From Octopus vulgaris (lineage: Eukaryota): a DNA stretch of 64,000 nucleotides. The translations under genes were made by a program, and so were the position numbers. Below, piece by piece: positions 1-14,452 of this stretch (positions are counted from its first letter, which is position 1; every line of letters begins with the position of its first letter). Below the pieces are notes generated by a model. The model saw only the letters and a program-made list of their open reading frames with translations, searched no databases and was not told the DNA's origin. The stretch covers positions 27,032,001 through 27,096,000 of the forward strand of contig OX597840.1 in NCBI GenBank assembly GCA_951406725.2, given 5' to 3'.

Positions 1-14
1 GATACATATTAAAA

Positions 15-352
15 ACTGGTACTCCGTCGATTGCGACGACGACGTGTCTCTGTTGATCCGATCAACGGAACAGCTTTCTCGTGAAATTAACGTCCAGGTG
101 GCTGAGTGAACCACAGACACGCGTGCGTGTAAAGTAGTTCTCTGGGAGATTCAGCTTGACACAAAATGTAATAGCGCTGACCCTTTGACATACGGGTACT
201 ACCCATTTTTTTTTTTTTTGTCAACTAAGCAGACTGAAGCAACGTGGAATAAAGTGTCTTGCTCAAGGATACAACGCGCCGCCGGGAATCGAACGCATGA
301 CCTTTATGATCGTGAACCGAATACCCTAATCATTAAGCCACGTGTCTTCACA
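15..352 (-). mobile_element. tRNA-headed SINE, family D (ccttgagcaagacactt middle) carrying the family C 3' tail
   Basis: Minus strand shows A/B-box-like head (gtggcttaatgattagg...gttcgattccc), then ccttgagcaagacactt, then a tail (cacgttaatttcacgag...gttccgttgatcggatcaac...gacggagt) matching family C. Confidence 0.75.
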
Positions 353-375
353 TAAGACATATATTGGACATTCAA

Positions 376-960
376 GCGGCGAGCTGGCAGAAACGTTAGC
401 ACGCTGGGCGAAATGCTTAGCGATATTTCGTCTGTATTTACGTTCTGAGTTCAAATTCCGCCGAGGTCGACTTTGCCTTTCATTCTTTCGGGGTCGATTA
501 AATAAGTACTAGTTACGCACTGGGGTCGATATATTCAATATAATCCGTTTGTCTGTCCTTGTTTGTCCCCTCTGTGTTTAGCCCCTTGTGGGTAGTAAAG
601 AAATAGGTATTTCATCTGCCGCTACGTTCTTAGTTCAAATTCCGCCGAGGTCGACTTTGCCTTTCATCCTTTCGGGGTCGATTAAATAAGTACTAGTTAC
701 GCACTGGGGTCGATATAATCGATATAATCAACTTAATCCGTTTGTCTGTCCTTGTTTGTCCCCTCTGTGTGTAGCCCCTTGTGGGCAGTAAAGAAATAGT
801 TAATTTATCCCTCTTTACGTTCTGAGTTCAAATTCCCCCGGGGTCGGCTTTGCTGTTCATCCTTTCGGGGGTCGATAACATAAGCACCAGCAGAGTACCG
901 GGATCGATGTAATCGATTTGCTCTCCCACCCCACCCCACAAACATGCTGGCTTTGAGCCA
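376..960 (+). mobile_element. Family A SINE head-to-tail array (about 3 units)
   Basis: gcggcgagctggcagaaacgttagc (A box), gagttcaaattcc (B box), central gcctttcatcctttcggggtcgat; unit repeats at about 180-190 bp. Confidence 0.9.
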
Positions 961-1144
961 AAACTAGAAAACAATATTATAACATGTTAGAGGCAGGAAT
1001 ATTATTTCGAAATTAGTTCGTATCATCTTTATATTTGCTTTCATCTTATTGCAGCCCTCAGACTGCGGGGTTCCAGAGGCACCGCCTTTGAAGGAGTTTT
1101 GAAGAATAAATCGACCCCTGTGCTGGCACTTATGCGATCGATCG

Positions 1145-1779
1145 GTGGTGGTGGTGGTGGTGGTGATGGTGGTGCAGCTAGAGGGGGTGGGGCGTGTTAG
1201 GAAATATCTAGAAGTATCTGCAACAGCAATGAATGAAAAGGCGGAGAGATACAGCTGCATTTGTTGTTGTTGTTGTTGGTGGTGGTGGAGGTAGTGGTGG
1301 TGGTGGTGGTGGTAGTGGTGGTAGTGGTGGTAGTGGTGGTAGTGGTGGTGGTGGTGGTAGTGTTGACGACAAAGTCGACGAGAAACGGCGAGGATGAAGT
1401 TGACGATGATGACGAGGATGATGATGGTGATGGTTGTGGTGTGGATGATGATGATGATGATGCTGATGATCATAATGACAATGATGATGATTACGAACGT
1501 GATGTTGAAGATGATGCTGGCAAAAATGATGATAATGGTGGAGGAGAATGAGGAGGAGAAGGACGAGGATGGTGACGATGAAGATGATGATGATGATGAT
1601 AATGATGATTATGAAAATGAGGATAAAGAGGATGATAATGAACGAAGATGAATGATGATGATTATGACGACGATAATGATCATGATGATGATGACAGTGG
1701 TGGTAGCAGTTGTAGTGGTGGTGGTGGTGGTGACGATGATTATGATAAAGACAATGGTGATGATGTTTACATTGTTGAT

Positions 1780-1810
<31 letters not shown>

Positions 1811-1880
1811 ATGACGATGATGATGATTTTGATGATGATGATGACGACGGTGATGGCGATGATGACGATGACGTTGATGA
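1145..1880. repeat. Compound (GGT/GTA/GAT)n trinucleotide microsatellite region
   Basis: Directly visible; produces the poly-D/V/M ORFs. Confidence 0.9.
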
Positions 1881-2097
1881 TGTTTCTGTTGTCTTTTTTC
1901 TTTTCTTTTTTTTGTGGAAACGGAACAGTCGTGGGAAATAAATCAACAACTATCGATTTTAACCAGACGAATTCCAGTCTCTATCAGTTTGGTAATTGCT
2001 TCAGCTGAGGTGGGCATGCCTGGGTGGTGGCGATAGCGAGAAAAAAGAAGCGTTTTAAGAATCACTTCTGTTCTCAGTTGGAATCTAATATCATCAG

Positions 2098-2148
2098 CTA
2101 CTACTACAACTACTACTACTACTACTACTACTGTTGGTGCTGCTGCTG

Positions 2149-2198
<50 letters not shown>

Positions 2199-2210
2199 AC
2201 TACTACTACC
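2098..2210. repeat. (CTA/CTG)n microsatellite
   Basis: Directly visible. Confidence 0.9.
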
Positions 2211-2505
2211 TCCACAACCCACGCCAACACCAACACCACAAACGCATCTACAATATGAACACTTGGTGCATTCGCAGAAAAGTCAAGATGCAACACGTTC
2301 ACACATGCACACAGCCACATGCATAGACAGACATGCACACTTACACTCATATATACATAGAGTAACACGTATGTGTGTGTCGGTGTGCATAGATATATAT
2401 GTATATATATATATAGGAAGAGTTTACGAAAAAAACAAAAGACGAAGACAGGTGGTGTACAAAACAAACAGATGTATTAGTATAACGTTCAGGAATAGAA
2501 AAAGT

Positions 2506-2541
2506 CTTTTACGTTTCGAGCCTACGCTCTTCTACAGAAAG
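2506..2541 (-). ncRNA. Minimal type I hammerhead-like motif (CUGUAGA core variant) in a cassette spanning about 2415-2605
   Basis: Reverse complement: cttt-CTGTAGA-a-gagc(gtag)gctc-GAAA-cg-TA-aaag; stems I and II pair, stem III minimal. Confidence 0.55.
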
Positions 2542-2631
2542 GGACACAGAAAGAAACAAGGAGAGAAAAAAATGTGTGTAGTGGCTAACGATCTATCATG
2601 GCGACTGCCACATATATATATATATATATAC

Positions 2632-2760
2632 ACCGACAGAATAAGTACCAGACGTCACAAAAATAAAAGCACTGTGGTCGACCTATTCGAATAAAAATCT
2701 CTTCAAGGCGGCACCCCAGCATAGCCACAGACTAATGACTGAAACAAGTAAAAGATAAGA
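2632..2760 (+). mobile_element. Family B SINE 3' fragment
   Basis: ggcggcaccccagcatagccacagactaatgactgaaacaagtaaaaga tail. Confidence 0.8.
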
Positions 2761-2870
2761 TATATATATATATATATATATATATCTGACTTCTGCCTGA
2801 AATCAGAACGCCATGTTGGACCGTTAGCTCCTACACGCATTTTTTTCTCTCCTTGTTTCTTTTCTGTGTA

Positions 2871-2908
2871 TCTTTCTGTCGAAGAGCGTAGGCTCGAAAC
2901 GTAAAAGA
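2871..2908 (+). ncRNA. Minimal type I hammerhead-like motif (CUGUCGA core variant) in a cassette spanning about 2808-2965
   Basis: tcttt-CTGTCGA-a-gagc(gtag)gctc-GAAA-cg-TA-aaaga; inverted copy of the 2415-2605 cassette. Confidence 0.55.
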
Positions 2909-2967
2909 CTTGTTTTATTTCTATTCCTGAGCGCCATACTAATACAATTGTTTGTTTGTACTCCATA

Positions 2968-3012
<45 letters not shown>

Positions 3013-4011
3013 GAAATATGTTACAAAAAGAAAATATAAAATACACGTGGAAATGTAAGGGTAAAATATGAAAAATCAACGAAAATGCACATTGCAAATA
3101 AAAAAAAGGCTATTTATGACAGGTAACGACAAATATATACATTTAGATTGAGTGAGGTAGTAATACGAGTCATAAAGGTCATTATTATGAGATGATTATA
3201 AGATGATAATAAAGTAAGAGAACAAAGCGAACCATGCTTCGCTTTGAAAACACCGGCTAATATATATATATATATATATCATTTCGGGGTCGATAAGTTA
3301 AGTACCAGTTGGTGATGAAGGCAGCTCGGTGTTCGTGTTAATCCTGCCTTCTTTTATTTTTAACGTGATGTAAGTTCATCTGAGACTTTGAACAACAGGA
3401 GGTCAAGTTGTTTCGTAAAAACCTCTACCCGTATTCCATATAGATCTCCCCATAACAATATTCTTCATCGTACAACAGAGAACGATTTCAGTGAGGTTAA
3501 GCTACAGGTTCTAAGAATTCGAACGCACAGACCCATCATTAACCCATCATATTTCCAATTAATCTTTTAATGTATCGACAGTGAATAGAGGCAAAGCCGA
3601 TTAAATTTCTCAAAGAGAAAACCGAAACATTTTAAAACGTTGCGTCCACTGACTTTAAAGATTTGGCTTCAATACACTCTCTTAATTAAATATATACTGT
3701 AGAAACTTCTGTATGTTTAATGTTCTATGCTGTACGGTGTATTCGGTGGTGGAAAGACGTGGTGGAATCGGTATCAGCTTTCTGGTAGACTTTGGCGTTT
3801 AAAGAACATTGGAAGGAAGAAAATCTCATCAGTAAAGAAAGGATTAGAGTGACGTGTCACGCGTAATTATATTAATGAAATGGTATGTATACGTTCTTGA
3901 TATATAAGAAATAATAAATATATGTGCATATGTGTGCATGTGTTCATGTGTGTATGAATGTGTGTATATATGACTGCCTGTATATGTATATATATATATC
4001 TATATATATAT

Positions 4012-4078
<67 letters not shown>

Positions 4079-4223
4079 CTCACACACACGCTTATATAAA
4101 TATATACACACATACAAAGATGTATTTATGTAAGCATATGTCTATGAGAATGTGTGAGTTTGTTTCCCATTCTCCCCTTTTTCTCTCTCCTCTCTCTCTA
4201 AATATATACGCATATAAATATAA

Positions 4224-4301
<78 letters not shown>

Positions 4302-4337
4302 ATTTATGTATGTTTGTAAATATGTTTATGTATGAGT

Positions 4338-4377
<40 letters not shown>

Positions 4378-4378
<1 letters not shown>

Positions 4379-4511
4379 CTCTTTTACTTGTTTCAGTCAT
4401 TTTGACTGCGGCTATGCTGGAGCACCCCCTTCAGTAGAGCAAATCGACCCCAGAACTTATTCTTTGTAAGCCTAGTACCTATTCTATCGAGCTCTTTTGC
4501 CGAACCACTAA

Positions 4512-4515
<4 letters not shown>
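4378..4515 (-). mobile_element. Family B SINE 3' fragment
   Basis: Matches reverse complement of the family B tail. Confidence 0.85.
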
Positions 4516-4590
<75 letters not shown>

Positions 4591-4661
4591 AACGCACATA
4601 ACGACACACGTATATAGGTTTAATGAGCGTATGTATGTAAATATTCATGAATGTAAACGTA

Positions 4662-4705
<44 letters not shown>

Positions 4706-4706
<1 letters not shown>

Positions 4707-4990
4707 GCGCAGGAGTAAGTATGTGGTAATTAACTTGCTTACCAACCATATAATTCCGGGTTCAGTCCCACTGCGTGGCACCTTGGGCAAGTGTTTTTTG
4801 CTATAGCTTCGGGCCGACCAAAGCCTTGTGAGTGGATTTGGTAGATGGAAACTGAAAAAATCCCGTTGTACATATATATGTATATGTTTGTGTATCTGTA
4901 TTTGTGTGCCCCCTACATCGCTTGACACCGATCTTGGTGTGTTTACGTCCCCGTAACTTAGCGATTCGGCCAAAAAACGATAAAATAAGA
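4706..4990 (+). mobile_element. Family B SINE (tRNA head, CORE-like ccttgggcaagt), 3'-truncated
   Basis: ggcgcaggagt...gggttcagtccc...ccttgggcaagt. Confidence 0.85.
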
Positions 4991-4997
4991 AATACCG

Positions 4998-5628
4998 TTA
5001 ATCCTTTCTACTATAGGCACAAGGCCTGAAATTTGGGATGAGAAGGGAACTAGTCAGTTACATCGACCTCAGTATGTAAATGGTATTTAATTTATCAAAC
5101 TTAAAAGGATGAAGAGCAAAATCGACCTCGGCAGAATTTGAACTCAGAACGTAGCGAAGGGCGAATTACCGCTAAGCATTTCGTCCAGCGTGCTAACGAT
5201 TCTGCCAGCTCACCGTCTGAAAATTTGATAATGAATAGATTTATATGCCTATTTCTTTATTACCCACAAGGGGCTAAACATTGAAGGGACAAAGACAGAC
5301 ATAGGTATTAAGTCGATTACATCGACCCCAGTGCGTAACTGGTACTTAATTTATCGACCCCGAAAGGGATGAAAGGCAAAGTCGACCTCGGCGGAATTTG
5401 AACTCAGAACGTGGCGGCAGACGAAATACCTATTTCTTTACTACCCACAAGGGGCTAAACACAGAGGGGACAAACAAGGACAGACAAACAGATTAAGTCG
5501 ATTATATCGACCCCAGTGCGTAACTGGTACTTAATTTATTGACCCCGAAAGTTGACCTCGGCGGAATTTGAACTCACAAATACGGCTACGCATTTCGCCC
5601 AGCGTGCTAACGTTTCTGCCAGCTCGCC
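4998..5628 (-). mobile_element. Family A SINE cluster (one alternative-tail copy plus a dimer)
   Basis: Reverse complement of family A repeated three times. Confidence 0.85.
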
Positions 5629-6036
5629 GAATAGATTTATGTGCCATCCTTCTGATACAAGAGAGCGTTCATCTGGGACCAATCAAGGAAACCCGACAGA
5701 TCAAGAGTTACCCTGACCACCAAAGACACAGACCCTCGCCCAACTCTTGTTTTCCAATCTATACGCACGCATACATACAGTAGCTCCATTCGCCCTAACT
5801 ATTTTTGCCACAGTTACCCACCTTTTCACAAATCCACTGGCTGATAAAACTAGCGCTAACAATATTTTGCATACGTTATCTGCAAACCATTACATATGTT
5901 AATCCGCCAGTCTAACTTCAACAACACGTTCTGCTATCATTTTGTAATGTTAACATCTGTCCTTTATGCTACGACATTCTAGTTTTGTGTCAGCCATTGT
6001 AGGATATGGACAAGACAAGCCACAGACATATCTGTA

Positions 6037-6111
<75 letters not shown>

Positions 6112-6326
6112 GAACGCCCAGCAACTAAAACCATTCCAGTACATCATACAATCGAAATACACACACACACACACACACACACAGACACACGGACGTACAT
6201 ACGCACGCACAAATGCACAGCCATTTAAATGTAAATTTTCATTGCTTAATACTTTAAATCCAAACAAAGTAAAGATGATCACTCGGACTTTTATTGAAAG
6301 TGTATTCACACACACACACACACGCT

Positions 6327-6402
<76 letters not shown>

Positions 6403-6739
6403 CATACATCTATACATACATACAAAGATTCATCTGTAATTGAGTAATATAAGTTATGCATTCAGACAACCATGTGGCTATCACAGTAAGCTCTTCTTAC
6501 GGACTCTGCTATCAGTTAGATAGTAATGAATTACAAAATAGTGAGATGTAGTGTCCATGTTATTGATAATTCAGAAAATCCGAAGGATAAAATTATTTCA
6601 TGAAGAGTAAATAAAATATAAGTCAGGAGGTATGACAGAGGAGAATATAGATTTATTTAACCACGTAACTTCTTTAAGATTCAGCCGTTTCGTAACCTTC
6701 TTATTGTAATATTAATTTCAGTTTCGCTCCATAACCAGT

Positions 6740-6900
6740 TTCAGTGGTTATGGAGTTAAACTCATGATCGTAAGGTTGTGGTTTCGATTCCTTGACAGTG
6801 CGATGCGTTGTGTTCTTGAGCAAAACACTTCATTTCACGTTGCTCCAGTCCACTCGGCTGACAAACATGAGCAATCCTACGACAGACCGGCGTTCCGATG
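6740..6900 (+). mobile_element. Degenerate family D SINE
   Basis: ggtttcgattcc B box, ttcttgagcaaaacacttcatttcacgttgctccagtccactc; similar to 57353-57590. Confidence 0.7.
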
Positions 6901-6983
6901 ATGACCTTTTGTATAATTGACACAAGGCCTGAAAAAACATAGGGGAAGCGGGTAGACGATTACATCAACCCTAATACTCAAAT

Positions 6984-7439
6984 ACTAAGTAGAGACTTCA
7001 AACTTGAAATCTTCAAAGCCACAGTCGAACCAATTCTACTAAATGGCTCAGAAACCTGGACGCTATCAAAGAAGCTTGAGAGGTGGTTGGATGGAACCTA
7101 CACTCGCCTCCTTATGAGAGCTCAAAATCTCTCGTGGAAGCGTCATCCAACCAAAATGCAAATATATGGGAAACTACCACCTGTATCATCTCTTGTGGAA
7201 GGTAGGAGAGTCCAGTTTGCTGGACATTGTTGTAGAGCTGAAAAAGAAGTAATTTGTACTCTTCTCTGGAAGCCATCTACTCGCGATACCAGAGGGCGCA
7301 CACTCTCCTACCCTGATGTAATCTCCAGGGATACAGGCATCCAGCAACAGGACCTCCGTAATGCTATGATGGACCGTGAAGTCTGATGTAGCATAGTAAA
7401 TACCATTGTCTCGACCACGGTCGAACAATGATGATGATG
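6984..7439 (+). mobile_element. 5'-truncated RTE-clade LINE 3' end with 10-bp target-site duplication, inserted in a degenerate minus-strand family A SINE
   Basis: Translates LEIFKATVEPILLNGSETWTLSKKLERWLDGTYTRLLMRAQNLSW...RRVQFAGHC (RTE post-RT region); (TGA)n tail; atactcaaat at 6974-6983 and 7440-7449. Confidence 0.9.
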
Positions 7440-8320
7440 ATACTCAAATGGTATTTATTTTATCGATCTCAATATGATGAAATGTAAGGTCAAACTCGAT
7501 GCAATTTGCACTCAGAGCATAAAATCAAACGAAATGTTTCTAAACCTTCCATCTTTATTTCTTTTTCTTTTCTGCTTTTGGTCTTAACGCCAGCTCACCC
7601 TTTTTGCCAGCTCACCCTCACCGCCCAACTTCCGTTAATCTTAGTGAGAAGAAGTGTAAACATTTCAAAGAATGTCTTAAGTTAAGCGATGAACTCGGTA
7701 TCAACCCATCCGAATGAAAACCAAGGAGAACACTCAACAAGTTGTTTACCAAAAACGTTATTAATTAAATCAACGTTTGACTTTCTGAGGTAAAGATCAT
7801 AGGTTAAAATAGTTTAATAACTTTATTATTTTGTATTTTTTATACCCTCCTCATTCAGCAATCTTAAAGCTGTTATCTTACCATAAACGTTTGTTCGTTA
7901 TCTCTTATGCTTTATTTGATTATCTCATTCACATAATTGATTCCTCTAATCTTCCCAACGCTTTTCCTTTCGTTTCCATATTCTCTCTACGACCCCAGGA
8001 CCTTCGTCCCACTCTCTTCATTTCCCTACGTCCTACACTCTTTCCATAACCTCATAGCTGTCTCTCATTTTCTTATTCTTTCTGCTATTTTTGCCGTCCA
8101 CTATTACCTATGCTGGTTGTGTGGTTAAGAAGTTCGCTTAGTTACCAAATGGTTTGAGGTTCAGTCTTACTGCGCGGACCCTTCATGGGTATTTTCTATC
8201 CATAGGCGCTGGAGTGGCTGTGTGGTAAGAAGCTTCCTACCCAACCACCTGATTCCGAGTTCAGCGACACCTTGGACAAGTGTCTTCTAATTTTTCCGTC
8301 CACTATCACTATTTATATAA

Positions 8321-8565
8321 GGGTGGCGAACTATCAGAATCGTTTGCGCATCTGACAAAATGCGTATCGGTATTTTGTCCGTCTAACTCTTTTACTCTTT
8401 TACTTGTTTCAGTCATTTGACTGTGGCCATGCTGGAGCACCGCCTTTAGTCGAGCAAAGCGTCCCCAGGACTTATTCTTTGGAAGCCTAGTACTTATTCT
8501 ATCGGTCTCAGCATCGATTGTCAAGCGATGTTCGGGGGACAAACACAGACACGCAAACATACACG

Positions 8566-8603
<38 letters not shown>

Positions 8604-9110
8604 CATATATACGACGGGCTTCTTTCAGTTTCCGTCTACCAAATCCACTCACAAGGCTTTGGTCGGCCCGAGGCTATAGTTAAGACACCTGCCCAAGGTA
8701 TCACGCAGTGGTACTGAGCCCAGAACATGTGGTTGGTAAGCAAGCAACTTACCACACAGGCACTCCTGTTTTCAAATTCTGCCGCGATGGACTTTGCCAT
8801 TCGTCCTTTCCAGGGTCGATAAACTAAGTACCGGTTGAACACTTTCAACACTAAAGTCGATGGAATCGACTAGCCCCCCTCTTCAAAAATTTTCAAGCCT
8901 TCTACCTGAAATAGAAAAGATTTAAGTCATTTATAAAATGGGGGATAGCTGTCAGAATCCTCAGCCTATCGGACAAAATGGCGCTTATTTCGGCTCTTTA
9001 TGTTCTGTATCCAAATTCTGCCGAGCTCGAGATTGCTTTTCATCCCTTCGAGGTCGATAAAATAAAGTACCAGTTTAATGCTGGGGTCGATGTAATCTCT
9101 CCCCTTACAA
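8321..9110 (+). mobile_element. Degenerate family A SINEs; the first is split by a family B insertion
   Basis: Head at 8321-8385 resumes near 8770; second copy about 8940-9110. Confidence 0.7.
8385..8768 (-). mobile_element. Family B SINE
   Basis: Near full-length reverse-complement match with internal microsatellite. Confidence 0.9.
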
Positions 9111-10022
9111 ACTACTGACTTTGAACCCGAAGCAAACAGGCGTCCCGTTCATGTGGTGTGTTGTGATCATGGTCACTTATGAACCCTGAAAACCGAGTAA
9201 CCGGGCTTAGGAGTCCGATGGCTCGAGAAAACGATGTCATTTCTATGAACTTCCAGTTCGATTTTACTCTTCTGCTCTTCTCAGTGGTTTGTATTTGATA
9301 AAAAGCTAAGCTCAACTGTTTTATGTTTCTTAAAAGAGTTACCTTATTCTGTGGGACTTAATTACTACAAATTATTTACACTAATTTATTTCGGAATAGA
9401 CAGAAGCGAACAGTGAGACAGACGGTCGAGGTTACAGACGACACAAGTCGAACAGTGGCAGACGACATGAATTGCAAATGACGTTTTTGTGGACAACATA
9501 ATTAGCAGACGACAACATATGCTTTAGATGTCACAGTTCATAGACGACACAACTTGATAACAGAAAAATCAGCAGACATTGCAAGCTGCAGCCGACATGT
9601 CTGAATAAGAAAGAAAAACAGAGAAATAAGTTTATAAATAAATATTAAGTCTATCTTAAATAAATCTATTTTGTAATTTCCATTAGATTTATTCCCGATA
9701 ATTATGGATGTATTGCAACAAAATTGAATTTTCGGACATCAAATTTGATAAAAATAGAATGTACTCTTCCTGTTCATCAGGATCTTGGAACGATCTACGG
9801 AAAAAGGCAGTATATCGAGTGTAAGGTTTCGATTCCGGATTATGGCTTTGTCAAATTAAATTATATCACAAATCCGGGGAATATTGTTTTGAAAGCGCAT
9901 GATCTTCAGATCATCACATCACGCACAATCAATTCTAAATTCTCTATGTTTATATCATGCATACACATGTGGACATATATAAATATATAACTACACACAC
10001 ACACACATACACATATATATAT

Positions 10023-10443
<421 letters not shown>

Positions 10444-10709
10444 CGAGAAAGAGAGATAAAGGAAAAAAGAAAGATAGATTCAGAGAGAGAGAGAGTAATT
10501 TGAATTTAAAACTTTGATTAGTAAACTGAACATGGCACAACCACCAGCAGGTTTCCGACAAATTGGACATCATCAGATTTTCCACCTTCACAGCTGGGTA
10601 TGTTCCCAGCGTTTGACATATATCGGTGTTGACTGAGTTGTGATCAAGGATATTCCAACCGCCACCAGCTAAGTTATATAATGCACCCTTCATCCAACTC
10701 TAAAAACTG

Positions 10710-11911
10710 ATTTCAAATTTTGGCAAAAGATCAGCTTTTTCGGAGAAGGTGGTAAGTCGGTGATATCGACCCCTGGAACGTTTTTTATCGTCCACGGAAG
10801 GTTGAAAGGCAAAGACGACCCCGACGGAATTTGAACTCAGAACGTAAAGACAGACGAAATACCTCTAGGCATTTCGCCCGGCGTGCTAACGTTTCTTATC
10901 TGTTTATTGCCCACAAGGGGCTAAACATAGAGTGGACAAACAAGGACAGACAAAGAGATTAAGTTGATTATATCGACCCCAGTGCGTAACTAATACTTAT
11001 TTAATCGACCCCGATAGGATGAAAGGCAAAGTCGACCTCGTTGGAACTTGAACTCAGAACGTAGCTGCAGACGAAATACCTATTTCTTTACTACCCACAA
11101 GGGGCTAAACACAGAGAGGATAAACAAGGACAGACAAACGGATTAAGTCGATTACATCGACCCCAGTGCGTAACTGGTACTTATTTAATCGACCCCGAAA
11201 GGATGAAGGGCAAAGTCAACCTCGGCGGACGAAATACCTATTTCTTTACTATCCACAAGGGGCAAAAACACAGAGGGGACAAACGAGGACAGACAAACGG
11301 ATTAAGTCGATTATATCGATCCCAGTGCATAACTGGTACTTAATTTATCGACCCCGAAAGGATGAAAGGCAAAGTCGACCTCGGCGGAATTTGAACTCAG
11401 AACGTAAAGGCAGACGAAATACCTATTTCTTTACTACCCACAAGGGGCTAAACACACAGAGGGGACAAACAAGGACAAACAAACGGATTAAGTCGATTAT
11501 TATGACTCCAGTGCGTAACTGGTACTTATTTAATCGACCCCGAAAGGATGAAAGGCAAAGTCGACCTCGGCGGAATTTGAACTCAGAACGTAGCGGCAGA
11601 CGAAATACCTATTTCTTTACTATCCGCAAGGGACAAAATCACAGAGGGGACAAACGAGGACAGACAAACGGATTAAGTCGATTATATCGACCCCAGTGCG
11701 TAACTGGTACTTATTTAATCGACCCCGAAAGGATGAAGGGCAAAGTCAACCTCGGCGGACGAAATACCTATTTCTTTACTATCCACAAGGGTCTAAACAC
11801 AGAGGGTACAAACAAGGACAAACAAACGGATTAAGTCGATTATATCGACCCCAGTGCGTAACTGGTACTCATTTAATCGACCCCGAAAGGATGAAAGGCA
11901 AAGTCGACCTC
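10710..11911 (-). mobile_element. Family A SINE head-to-tail array (about 6-7 units of 150-180 bp)
   Basis: gacgaaatacctatttctttactacccacaagggg...gaaaggatgaaaggcaaagtcgacctc repeated. Confidence 0.92.
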
Positions 11912-11935
11912 TATTATATATTACCTAATATATTA

Positions 11936-12305
11936 GGCGCAGGAGTGACTGTGTGGTAAGTAGCTTGCTAACCAATCACATGGTTCCGAGTTCAGTCCCA
12001 CTGCGTGGCATCTTGGGCAAGGGTCTTCTGCTATAGCCCCGGGCCGACCAATATCTTGTGAGAGTATTTGGTATGTATGTGTGTGTATGTGTTTGTGTGT
12101 CTGTGTTTGTCCCCCTAGCATTGCTTGACAACCGATGCTGGTGTGTTTACGTCCCCGTCAATTAGCAGTTCGGCAAAAGTGACCGATAGAATAAGTACTG
12201 GGCTTACAAAAAGAATAAGTCCCGGGGTCGATTTGGTCGACTAAAGGCGGTGCTCCAGCATGGCCGCAGTCAAATGACTGAAACAAGTAAAAGAGAGTAA
12301 AAGAG
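11936..12305 (+). mobile_element. Family B SINE
   Basis: ggcgcaggagtgactgtgtggtaag through gactgaaacaagtaaaagagagtaaaagag. Confidence 0.92.
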
Positions 12306-12707
12306 TAATATATAATGTCAGAAGTAAATGAATCAGTCACAAAACTTTGGGGGTCAACAGTAAAACCCTTGATGACGACACCAATGGCCATAGTGAAGGT
12401 AGTCCTGTCCCTTTTGATAAACTTTAGCGGTATTTCTTGTTTACACAATTATTTCTTCAAGATTCCTCGCAGCTGCTTCAGCCTCTGTTCAAAAGTCAAT
12501 TTTATAACGAAAATAAATAACAAGGAAAATGACATTTTAATTGATTCAATAAGTACAGAAAATTTCATTGGCATCTCTTTTACCATTGTTATCAAAATTG
12601 TCCATTTAATTCTTCCGCATCTTCGATAATTTACTGTGGTTTCTTAGATAAACAAGAAATGCTGTTATGTGTTTAAATATTTGTAATTTAATTCCTAACG
12701 ATTATAT

Positions 12708-13821
<1,114 letters not shown>

Positions 13822-13823
<2 letters not shown>

Positions 13824-14192
13824 CAGCAAGAGCACTCAGAGAGTACAAACCTCCGCAAAGGCAACGCCAACGTCCTCTCAACTATTAGCCGAAGGTGATT
13901 TTTAAAATGGGAATATCTGAGATAAACTCGACTGCTCTCACAAACGAGAAAACTAAAAATGAACACGACTGCTCTCAAAAGTTAAGTAAAAAAAAAAACC
14001 AAAGAATAATCCAGAATCCTTGTCCGGTATCGGATCGATCCCAAAATCTAATCAGTTCGTGTTAGTCACGAGGCCAAACATCCCTGAAAGTTTCATCTGA
14101 ATCTATCCAGCGGTTCTTGAGATATCTTGTCCAAGGGCAAACAAACAAGCAAATACGACTGAAAACAATACCTCCGGCTTCACTGAGGCAGA

Positions 14193-14198
<6 letters not shown>
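13822..14198 (-). mobile_element. Helentron-associated non-autonomous element (DINE-1/HINE-like)
   Basis: Minus strand: 5' palindrome tacctctgcctca-g-tgaagccggaggta, short (tttg)n, core, 3' subterminal gcggaggt, hairpin gtactc-tct-gagtgc; sits within an (ATT)n tract. Confidence 0.7.
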
Positions 14199-14265
<67 letters not shown>

Positions 14266-14324
14266 GTTGTAGTAAAGGTTGGATAATGTCTGAAATAGCA
14301 CGATCGCGAATACCAGTGGACAAA

Positions 14325-14452
14325 AATTGAATTCCACTTAAGCATCTCTAGAGTAAAGTTACTCGTCAGGGTGCGTAGTTCGGAGTCTCTGCAAGTGGAA
14401 CCGCTACTTCTCTGCATTGAGCGGTCACAACTCCAGTACTACAGACATGTGA
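14325..14452 (+). mobile_element. RTE-clade LINE fragment
   Basis: Reads SISRVKLLVRVRSSESLQVEPLLLCIERSQLQYYRHV, resembling the RTE DRVRSS...VEPLLLxIERSQLRWxGH motif. Confidence 0.7.

Noticed and set aside
376-465. tRNA genes at SINE heads
   Set aside because: A/B boxes are present, but they run into SINE bodies and I could not see a complete cloverleaf
1394-1941. Acidic Asp-rich ORFs resembling biomineralisation proteins
   Set aside because: Degenerate (GAT)n repeat with frame switches and no supported gene structure
10535-10582. CTGATGA...GAAA on the minus strand
   Set aside because: Stems I and II do not pair convincingly
11166-11834. 222-aa repetitive ORF
   Set aside because: Antisense translation of the family A SINE array
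12315-12629. Non-repetitive 104-aa ORF or possible exon
   Set aside because: No recognisable domain or convincing splice-site pair
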